64,000 bases of DNA from NCBI RefSeq assembly GCF_963921235.1, contig NC_086097.1, forward strand, positions 25,856,001 to 25,920,000, written 5' to 3'. The notes beneath the pieces are model-generated. The model was given only the letters and a program-made list of their open reading frames with translations, did no database searches and had not been told where the DNA came from. This DNA comes from Mobula hypostoma (lineage: Eukaryota). The position numbers and the translations under genes are program-made. The stretch's first letter is position 1. Every line of letters begins with the position of its first letter. Of the stretch, positions 27,231 through 38,300 are shown piece by piece.

Positions 27231-28602
27231 GCTTCTGGAGTCCCTGATGTGCAACCAGACCCTTGGCCATGGTTTCCGAAGGAGAAGGTCCTTCACCTTG
27301 TACGAAGGGGCCTTTTACCAGGACTACACAGAGGGTAACACAGACAAACACAGCCCTCAGCCGGGCCTGAAACACCAAGATTTCCACAGCAATTCCCACT
27401 ATTACGTGTTCTTCGAGGAACAAGGAGATGGAGATGTTGGCTTTGGTCAGGAGCTGAAGAACCCTCAGGAAGACCACATGCAAGCTTTTGACAGCCATTA
27501 TGACTACATGGTGTGTGGAGGTGGTGAGGAGATTGTCTGCCGGCCAGAACCAGATGAGTTCAATCCCTGCGAGGACATTATGGGTTACAACTCTTTACGG
27601 GCTATTGTATGGTTTGTTAATCTGTTGGCTATAGCAGGGAACATCTTTGTTCTCCTCATTCTGCTCACCAGCCACTACAAGCTGACAGTGCCCAGGTTCC
27701 TGATGTGTAATCTGGCCTTCGCAGACTTCTGCATGGGCGTCTACCTGCTCCAGATCGCTTCGGTGGACCTCTACACCAGGAGCGAGTACTACAACTATGC
27801 CATCGACTGGCAGACAGGTGCTGGCTGCAACTCGGCCGGCTTCTTCAGCGTCTTCGCCAGCGAGTTCTCAGTCTACACGCTCACCGCCATCACGGTGGAG
27901 CGCTGGTACACCATCAACTTTGCCATGCGCCTGGACCGGAAAGTACGGCTGCGCCACGCTGCTGCCATTGTGGCCGGGGGCTGGCTGCTGTGCGGCGCGC
28001 TGGCCGTCCTCCCCATAGTGGGGGTCAGCAGCTACATCAAGGTCAGCATCTGCCTGCCGATGGACACGGGGACCCTGCTGGCCCAGGGCTATGTGGTCCT
28101 GGTGCTCTTACTCAACATTGTGGCCTTTATGGTCATCTGTGCCTGTTACGTGAAGATCTACCTCAGAGTGAAGAGCCCCCACTACAAAGCCGGAGGCAAG
28201 GACACCAGAATCGCCAAGAGGATGGCGGTGTTGATCTTCACTGACTTTACCTGCATGGCCCCCATCTCTTTCTACGCGCTCTCGGCCATCTTGCACAAGC
28301 CCCTGATCACGGTGACCAACTCCAAGATACTGCTGGTTCTCTTCTACCCACTCAACTCCTGCGCCAACCCCTTCCTCTACGCCATCTTCACCAGGGCCTT
28401 CCGCAGGGACGTCTTCGTCCTGCTGAGCAGGGTGGGCCTCTGCCGGCAGCGGGCGCAGCTCTACCAGGGGCAGGCCGTCCCCGGTGGGAAGAACGGCTCC
28501 TCCTCCAGCCGCGACCGCGCGTCCTGCAGCCTCCGCCGATACCGTGGCAACTGCCAGCAAGTGGCGGCAGCCAGCCGAGGTTGCCGAGAGACCGAACTGT
28601 GA
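27231..28602 (+). CDS. TSHR: TSHR terminal coding exon (hinge, 7TM domain, C-tail)
   Basis: ctacag|GCTTCTGGAG gives (G)[14 protein letters not shown]-specific HYYVFFEEQ and [11 protein letters not shown]; sulfation motif [38 protein letters not shown]; stop TGA at 28600-28602. Confidence 0.97.
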
Positions 28603-28784
28603 GAGTGGACAGCTCATCAAACAAACCTTGTGGAATGCACTGATGTTTATACTTGCCATGAGGAGGTTCAGTTACCCCCACCTAGTGCTCGGTCCAAATG
28701 GTGCATTGAGGTGAGCCATTAACAGCAGCCCAGGGGGAAAGTGGGTCTAATTCAACTTAGAATGAGGAATCACAGTACTGTTTC

Positions 28785-29250
28785 TTCACCAATATATTTA
28801 AGTTTATTCACTAACAAAAATACATAGAATAATCAGAGGTTTACAAAGCTACTTGCAATTCCATATTAAACTATGATTATTATTATCTGTAAATCATTCA
28901 GCCCCTTCAGGGCCCACCACTCTCAGAACTCCCCACTGTGTCCATAGAGACTGTGTGCTCTTTCGTCAAGAAGCCTGGGGCACGGAGGTAACCCCAAAAG
29001 AGGGACAGGCAGTCGGGTCAGACGGAGCCCTCAACTGCCCACTGCCCGGACCCGTGAATGGCCAGCTTGGTCACCCCAGCTGCACGCAGACCACCAGATT
29101 CCTCGAGTGACCTAGCCATCTCTAGCGGGTGCCCGGTCAGGGGCATGCGGCTGAAGTGTAGGCAGAACTTGAGGAGCAGCCCCGTCCACCGCGGTCCTGT
29201 TTCCAGAGCCCCACAGCAACCGCTGCTGCAGTTTAGTCTAGAATTGGACC
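28785..29250 (-). mobile_element. Tx1/L1-like 3' fragment just downstream of the TSHR stop
   Basis: GLLLKFCLHFS...KLAIHGSGQWAVEG resembles the Tx1 ORF2 C-terminus, followed by an AT-rich tail. Confidence 0.5.
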
Positions 29251-30153
29251 GCCCGTTCCATAGTAATTGGCTTATAATACAGAAAGTTTTTTTATTGCGT
29301 GCCATCCATACAGATCATACTAAGCATAAGTACATCGCAGTTCGTCCAAATGGAAGAGCAATAACGGAATGGAGAATATAGTGATACACAGACTGCACAG
29401 TGCGGGGAGCCAAATAAAGTGCAAAGGCCACAACAAAGTAAACTGAGAGACCAGGGGTTTATATTTACTATATAAGAGGTCCTTTCATAGCATCCAGAAC
29501 ATTACAGCACAGTACAGGCCCTTTGACCCACAATGTTGTGCTGAAGTACTCCATCACCAGTCTAACCTTCCCCTTCCACATACTGTGAGTCCTCTATTTT
29601 TCTATCATCCACGTGCCTACCTGAGAGTTTTGTAAGTGACCCTAATGTATGTGCCTCTCCCACCACCCCGGCAGGGTGTTCCACACACTCAACAGTCTCT
29701 GTGTAAGAAACCTACCTCTGTCATCGCCCCTATACTTTCCTCCAATCACCTTAAAGTTATCTCCTCCTGTATAAGGCGTTTCCACCCTGGGAAAAGTCTC
29801 TCTGTCCACTTGATCTATGCTTTTCATCATCTCGTACACCTCTCATCCAAAGAGAAAAGCCCTAGCTTGCTCAATCTGTCCTTCCTAGGAAGCTTTCCGG
29901 GAACATAGTTACAGGGAGAACGTACAAACTCCTTACAGACTGGGGCAGGAATTGGACCCTGATTTTACAGCAGGTGCAGTAAGGTGTTGCATTAATGGCT
30001 TTGTTACCATGCCGCCTACTAATAAGCCCTGGTTTGAGCTGAGACTGGGGAGCAATTGCCTCGTTAACTGAGTCACTTATCTCTTCTAATACCCAGCCAG
30101 TTACAGTTTGTAACACATCTTGTCCACAGATGAAATAAAATTGCTCTGCTTGC

Positions 30154-31295
30154 ACGAAGCCTTTGCCAACGGTTGCAATTCAACTTTAAAGATTAGTTTT
30201 AGTTGTCACATGTTCAAAGTAAATTTATTGTCAAAGTAGTATGTCACCATATACAACTCTGAGATCCATGCAGGCATTCACAGTAGAACAGAAATGCAGT
30301 AGAATTAATTAAACTACACACAAAGACTGACAAAGTGAAAAAGAAGACAAACTGGAAATGCAAAAAAAAAACCCAGGTAATAATAGATAAATAATACTAA
30401 GAACATGAGTTGTGGTTCTATAGGTTGTGGAATCAATTCAGCGTTGAGGTGAGTGAAGTTATCCACTCTGGTTCAGGAGCCTGATGGTTGAGAGGCAGTA
30501 ACTGTTCCTGAACCTGGTGGTGTGGGACCTGAGGCTCTCGTACCCACTTCCCAATGGCAGCAGCGAGAAGAGAGCATGGCCTGGATGGTGGGGGCCCTTG
30601 ATGCTGCTTTCTTGTGCAGCACTCTTTGTAAATATTCTTAATGGTGGGGAGGGCTTTTCCTGTGATGGACTGGCCTGTGTCCACTGCAAGCTTTTCTGTT
30701 CTTGGGTGTTGATATTTCCGTAGCAGGCAGTCCATTCTCTCCACTGTGCATCTATTGTGGTTTGTCAAAGTGTAAGATGATGTGCTGAATATCGCAAACT
30801 TAGAAAGTAAAGGTGCTGCCGTGCATTCTTCGTAACAAGAAAGCAGCATCAAGGGCCTCCACCATCCAGGCCATGCTCTCTTCGCGCTGCTGCCATCGGG
30901 AAGGAGGTACGAGAGCCTCAGGTCCCACACCACCAGATTCAGGAACAGTTACTGCCCCTCAACCATCAGGCTCCTGAACCAGTGGATAACTTCACTCACC
31001 TCAAAGCTGAATTGATTCCACAACCCATAGAACTAGAATTCATGTTCTTAGTATTATTTATTTATTATTATTTGGAGGGTTTTTTTGCATTTGCAGTTTG
31101 TCTTTTTCACTTTGTCAGTCTTTGTGTGTAGTTTAATTGATTCTACTGCATTCCTCTGTTCTACTGTGAATGCCTGCATGAATCTCAGAGTTGTATATGG
31201 TGACATATACTACTTTGATAATAAATTTACTTTGAACATGTGACAACTAAAACTAATCTTTAAAGTCCAATTGCAACCGTTGGCAGAGGCTTCGT
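30154..31295. repeat. Long inverted repeat: arms 30154-30615 and 30835-31295, spacer about 220 bp
   Basis: Arms are reverse complements along their length (roughly 90% by eye), including the non-TE flank acgaagcctttgccaacggttgcaatt / aattgcaaccgttggcagaggcttcgt. Confidence 0.93.
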
Positions 31296-32464
31296 AATGC
31301 CACTTGCATGCTGAACCAAGGACAGATCCTCTGAAATGATAACACCAAGGAGCTTGAAATAACTGACCCTCTCCACACGTATATTGAAATAATGCAGTGA
31401 AATGCGTTGCTTTGCATCAACACAGACTGAAGACGTGCTGGGAGCAGCCCACAAGTGTCGGCACACTTCCCACCCACTAACTCTAGACACAAAAGAAGAC
31501 TGTGCATTAACTGTGCATTGCTTGTAACATCCTGCCTCATTGTGTTAAGAATTGACTTCAGTGAATGTGACTTGGTTAAGGACTCAAAGGTAAATTTCCC
31601 CCAGCAGAACCACAATACCAGCATCATTCATGTACATTACACACAGATCACATTGGTGTTAACTCCTCTGCTGTAACATCAGGGGATGCTAGAGATTGCT
31701 CTCTATTTGGGTCCAATGTGCTGTGGTAGAGTGACATAGTACAGATACAAACAGTTTCAGCACAAACTGACCAAGTTGTCTAACTGTCTATTGGTGTTTG
31801 GCTGTACTTCCTTCTACCCACTTCCTCTGGCAGCTTGTTTCACATACCCGCTTCTGTGTGGACAGAGTTGCCCCTCAAAGGTTCATTTTATTGTGGAAGT
31901 ATGCACATGCAGTACATCTTTGATATTTGTCTTCTCAAGATAGTCAATAAATACAGAAAGACCATGGGTGTTGATGAAAGGAAAGATATCAATTCCCAAC
32001 CACCCCCCCCCCCCGCCCGGGCACAAAAAAGAAAAGAACCAAAACATGCAGACCCCAAAAATCCCCCCTCACCTGCAGCAAAAAGCAGCCACTAATACAA
32101 TCAATGATCCCCTGCACATAACAATCCCTGACTCCCTCATTTACAGAAGAAAATGACAGCATCAAATCCACCCCCCCCCCCACACACACACAATAAAAAA
32201 ATTCATTTAAAAAACGCCAATCAACCACGTGAAAGAAAACATCAAAAAACTGAAGGAAACCAACAAAAGGTACAGGCCCCCTTTAAATTCCTCTCGTCTC
32301 ACTTTAAAACTATGCCCTCTGGTTTTAGACTCCTTTCTCTGCTCTAGGGTCCACTGGTTGTTGATGGAGTTCCAAACACTAACACCCTTCACCAAATGAA
32401 CAGAAAGTGCACACAGAATTTACAGTTGAGATGTTTCTGTGAAGTGTGAACATTAACTTGCAAC

Positions 32465-32610
32465 CTCCTTCCCCTCTCCCCACCTTATTCTGACTTCTGC
32501 CCCCTTCCTTTCCAGTCCTGATGAAGGGTCTGCTCCTGAAACATCAACTCCTTATGCATGTCCATAGATGCTGCCTGACTTGCTGAGTTCCTCCAGCATT
32601 TTGTGTGAAT
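32465..32610 (+). mobile_element. Penelope-like-derived repeat end with the best-preserved hammerhead-like core
   Basis: agtc CTGATGA agggtctgctcct GAAA ca TC aact (32514-32549), then tagatgctgcctgacttgctgagttcctccagcattttgtgtg. Confidence 0.7.
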
Positions 32611-33524
32611 TGGATTGAATTGACTTTATTACATACCCTTCATATACATGAGGAGTAAAAAATTGTTACGTTTTGTCTCCATCTAAATGTGCAATTTAGA
32701 GAAATTTGTAATTAATAGTATGTACAATAGGACAGTCAATATAACAGAAATACAATTGTATCAGCATGAATGTTGCCCATGAGAATAGAACACTGGAGAG
32801 ATACAACACAGAAACAGGCCATTTGGCCCATCCGGTCCACACTGACCTCCTGTTTAGTGATAACCACGGAGTTTCCAAGGGGATATTCAGCAGGGGATTC
32901 CAGCGATCTGGTGAGCTGAATGTCTTCATCTTGTTTTGGACTCCACACGTCGCAATGTGCAACTTTGTATAAAGACATGGAAGAGCAACTTAAGTGATAA
33001 ATAAAGCGAAAATTCTGACTTGGTAATTGCCTTTATGTTGTGAAATGTGTTGTTTTGTGGCAATATATAAAATTTTCCATAAATTAAAATAAGGATACAA
33101 TAATAAATGGTGCAAAGCGAGAGCAAAATCATTAGATAATGTTCATGGTTCAGAAATCGGATGGCGGAGTGGAAGAAGCTGTTCTTAAAACCTGGAGTGT
33201 ATATATTCAGGCTCCTGCACCTCCTCCATGTTTGCAGTGATGAGAATAGGGCATGTCCTGGGTGGTGAGGTTCTCTGTTTTGTTGCAAGTCACGCCCTGA
33301 CCAACACACCACAGGAAATACTTCGTACACGTAGATGTATATGGCATATAAACTTGATCCTTGAGGCTGTACGCTGCCTTCCTGAGGGACTACCTTTTGA
33401 ACATTAACTTGGAATCCAAGAATGTTGCTTTCTGATACAAGAGCCTGCAGATTGCCTTCGGGTTCTGTAGGGAGTAGGTTCAGAATTAGTTTACAACTGT
33501 GTTAAAGTAAAGAGGTTTATCACA

Positions 33525-35385
33525 AGACCATAAGACGGGCTTTTAAGACGGAGGAACAGAAGTAAGCTTTTGAGCCTGGTCCGCCATTGCATCATAGCTG
33601 ATTTATTGTTTCTCTCAACCCCATTCTCCTGCCTTCGCCTTGTAACCTTTAGAGCCCTTAATAATCGAGAATTTATCAACATCCACTTCAAGCATACCCA
33701 ATGACTTGGCCTCCACAGCTGTCAGTGGCAATGAATTCCACAGACTAAACCATCCTTTGGCTAAAAAAAATCCCCTCACCCCTGTTCTAAAGGGAAACCC
33801 TTCCAATCTGAGGCTGTGCCCTCTGGTTCTAGAGTCACCCACTATAGGAAACATCCTCTCCACATCCACTCTGTTTAGTCCTTTCAATATTCAATAGGTT
33901 TCAAAGATATACTCCCCTCATTCTTCTAAACTCCAGCCAGTACAGGCCCAATGCCATCAAACACTGTTCGTACGTTAATGCTTTTATAGCCGAGATCATT
34001 CTAATGAAACTCCAATGGATCCTTGGGAACTTGACAAGTCATAAAGAAATGTGGATACATTAGTCAGAAGTTAGCTCACGCTGAATGCAGTATGAGGTAA
34101 CATTTGGATGTGACAAACCATGCTGCACATGGTTCAGATAAAACCTCAGCCCAGTAGTACCATGTAAAGCAAGTTGAATACCAATCAATCCTGTCTAATT
34201 ACATCAGGAATAGGATCCTGTCTAATGACATCAGACTCCCAACACCCTGCTCACAATCAGTAGTCCCCGAGTGCCATTAAGTACTCAACGGATCAGACAG
34301 CACCCTACCAAGTGAGCAGGTTTAACCCTTCAAGTCCTGATGCAGAGTGTTGACCTGAAACATTGAGTACCCAATCTTAGAGAGTTTTTGGAGGAAGTTA
34401 CCAGGAAGGTTGAAGGCAAGGCTGTGGATGTTGTCTACATGTTCTTTGGCAAGGTCCCACATGGGAATTTGGTCAAGAAGGTTCAGTCATTTGGCATTTA
34501 GGATGAGGTGGTTATTTGGATTAGACATTGACTTTGCAGGAGAAGCTGCAGAATGGCTGTAGATGGCTGTCTCTCTGATTGGAGGCCTGTGACTGGTGGT
34601 ATGCCACAGGGAGTGGTAGTGGGTCCATTTTTGTTTGCCATCTATATCAATGATCTGGATGATAATATGGTAAACTGGGTCAGCAAATTTGCTAATGACA
34701 CCAAGATGTGAGGTGTAGCAGACCAGTAATGAAGGCTATCAAAGGTTGCAGCGGGATCTGGACCAGCTGGAAAAGTGGGCTGAAAAATGGCAGATGGAAT
34801 TTAATGCAGATAAGTGTGAGGTATTTCACTTTAGAAGGACAAATCAGGCCAGGACTTACACGGTGAATGGAAGGGCACTGAGGAGTGCAGTAGAACAGAG
34901 GGATCTGAGAATACAGATCCTTAATTCTTTGAAAGTGTCATCACAGGTAGCTAAGTTTGTAAAGAGAACTTCTGGCATATTGGCCTTTATAAATCAAAAT
35001 ATTGAGTACAGGGGTTGAGATGTTATGTTGAAATCGTATAAGACATTGGTGAGGCCTAATTTTGAGTATTGTGTTCGGTTCTGGTCACTAACCTACAGGA
35101 AACATATCAATAAGATGGAAGGAGTGCAGAGAAAACTTACAAGGATGTTGCCAGAACTTGAGGACCCGAATTATATAGAATAATTGTATAGGTTAAGACT
35201 TTATCCCCTGGAGTGTGAGAGAATGAGTGGAAATTTGATAGAGATGTACAAAATTTTGAGTGGTATAGATAAGGTAAATACTAGCATGCTTTTCCTCTGA
35301 GGTTAGCTGAGAGTAGAGCTAGAGGTCATAGGTTAAGGGTGAATGGTGAAATGTTTAAGGGGAACATGAAAGAGAACTTCTTCAC
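33525..35385. mobile_element. CR1 fragments (- 33525-34020; + 34370-35385)
   Basis: RVDVERMFPIVGDSRTRGHSLRL; QRDLDQLEKWAEKWQMEFNADKCEV. Confidence 0.8.
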
Positions 35386-38300
35386 AGAACCACACAGATG
35401 CTGCTCGGCCCACTGAGTTCCTCCTGCAGATTGGTTGTTGCTATTGTTTTAAATTATCAACTAGAACCTGGAGGTTAGAAATAGATGGCGCAAAAAATGT
35501 GAAGCAAACTGCAATGATGGACACTTGGAGAATCTGTTAGAGTTAAGCAGGGTAGAAACAGGCCCTTCAAATTCAGATTTATTTATCACAGGTATATCAA
35601 CCGTACGATGAAATGCATTGTTTGCCTTAACAACTGCCACACCCAAGGATGTGCTGGGGGAGGCCCACAATTGTCATACACATTCCGGCACCAACATGGA
35701 ATGCCCACGATGTTCCAGAGAACAATGCAAGCAGCCACAACAACAGAACAAAAGAACAACTGGAAAACAAGCCTCTTTCCCAAACACCCATCCCCTCACG
35801 CACACAGACAGTCTTTCAACCCCAGGACAGGCTGCCTCCAGTCCTTAGTCCCAGAAACACTGACTCGCAGACATTGTACCTCCAACCTCTGTCCCTGGCC
35901 TGAACTTGTAGACATGACCTTTGGCCTCTATCTCTGGATTCCGTGACTTCAATCTTTAGCCTCTCGGACTTTCTATCTCCGAGCTCCGATCACACATAGC
36001 TTTCCATTTTTCAATCATCCATACCTAGGAGTTTCTTAAATGTCCCTAATGTATCTGTATCTACCAAGTGGGCTGCCCCCTTCCATGTACCCACCACTTT
36101 CTGTGTAAAAGAATTTACCTCTGACATTCCCCCTAAACTTGCCTCCAATCACCTTTAAATTATGCCGCCTTTTATTTGCCACTCACATCCTGGGAAGAAG
36201 TCTCTGGCTATCCACTCAATCTGTGTCTCTATCAAGTTGCTTCTTATCCTGTTTTGCTCCAAAGAGAAAAACCCTAGCTTACTCAATCTGTGCTCATAAG
36301 TCATGCTCTCTAGTCCAGGCAGCATCCTGGTAAATCTCCTCTGCACCCTCTCTAAAGCTTCCACATCCTTCCTATAATGAGGCGACCAGAACTGAACACA
36401 ATATTCCAGTGCGGTCTAACCAGAGTTTTATAGAGCTGCAACATTACCTCATAGCTCTTGAACTCAGTCCCCCAACTAATGAAGGCCAACACTTTCTTAA
36501 CAACTCGATCAACCTGCACAGCAGCTTTGAGGGATCTATGGACATAGATGAATGTTTGAGTGAGTATGTTTCAAGAAAGAGTACACTTGCCACTCTCTGA
36601 GATCAGGTTAAATGTACTCATGAAAAAAGGTGATCAATGTTGGACACAGCTACGTCCCACCATCAGCAACAGTGGTTGGTAAAGCTGAAGACTGAACAAA
36701 TCTTAAAGATTGTCTATTCCAAAAGTAGTTTGCTGCATTTTGCATCAAATAGACAAAGTCTTTGCCATCCCGGAAAAAGAGATCAAATTGTGTTTGCACC
36801 TGGGTCCCATTTTTCCCTTGTCATCACCAGACCTCCAAAGCCTGGAAGTGTTCTCCGCACAGCTCAGAGCTCGCCGACCCATTGAAAGAGCGCAGTGAGC
36901 AACCAAGTCACAACGTTTAGTGCTTTCAGATTTATCTATCACATTTATGTAGAAACGTACAGTGAAAAGTACCATTTGCATTAACAACCAACACACCTAA
37001 CAACATGCTGGGGGCAGCCTGCAAGTGTCGCCACACACGCCGGTGCCAACACAGCATGCCCACAGTGTTCAGCAGAACAACACAGAACACAACACGCTAC
37101 ATAACGACAACGGCAGCAAAACAAGCCATTTTCCTCCCTCCCACCCAACCGGCAGTCCTCCAACTCCAGCCTTCTGACTTCCAGACTTCCAAACTGACCT
37201 TCGGGCTTCAACCTTTGACCCAACAAGAAGAAAGTCTGACCAGAAGGAGTCTGCTTCCATTGTGGAATGCTCACTGTTGCTCCCGTTCATCACAGGCAAT
37301 CCTAGGCAACGTTGCTTTTGGCAACCGGAGCAGCCTCATCCCACACTGAACTTAATTGGCTGCCAGTACAAACAAGTAAGACATCCACCTGACCTCAAGC
37401 TTCACTTTTTGGCCTGATGGATTAGGAAGGTGTCTGCTTCCCAATATTTACAGTAACTATTAACTTGAACACAGTCTTTTGACCACAAGCATGAGGGGAC
37501 ATGTATTTAGCCTAATCATGCTGCTTCTCCTTAGCTTCTGAAAGGCATTTTTCAACCAGGCTTTATAAGGCATTGGTTAGACCGCACTTGGAGGATTGTG
37601 AAGAGTTCTAAGCTCCATATTTAAGAAATGACTTGTTGGCATTGGAGAGGCTCCAAAGGAGGTTCACAGGAATGATCCTAGGAATGAAAGAGCTAACATA
37701 TGAGGAACATTTGATTGCTCTTGGCCTGTACTCACTGGTGCTGAGAATAATGAGGGGGAATCTCATTGCGACCTACCGAATATTGAAAAGTCTGGCATTA
37801 TCTACACGGCTGGAGTTATTGGAATGGAAAGGTGATAATGAAACTGCGTGTAGTGTAGGGCTGGAGGAGATTACAGAAATAAGGAGAGACGATGAGATTT
37901 AGAGCTGGCAGAACCCAAACTGAGCTTTGGTGAATGTGTTATTAATAATTAAGTACATCTTGGTGGAATTATTGACGAGACTTGGTGTCACTTTGCTGAT
38001 GATTAGGGTTGACCCAGAATGCTGTAGGAAGCCAGATTGAATTCATCCTTCCTTTTCATGGAACAGAGCATACCCATGCAAATTTCAACAGCTTTGGGTA
38101 GGTGTCAGTGTATAACTGCACTTGAACATTCTGGCTACCGGTGCGATTAGCTCCTGAGCAAAAGAACAAATTTCACGTCCTACGAGACAGTGGTGATAAG
38201 CCTGATTCCGATCGGGCACAGGTCTTCAGTATTATAACTGGGATGTTGTCTGGTCCTGCAGCCTTCATAGTATCCATAGCTCACAAAGAGGGAATTGAAT

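Noticed and set aside
28108..28659. 183-aa antisense ORF (and other alternative frames) over the TSHR exon
   Set aside because: Shadow ORFs caused by high GC3; no recognisable domain
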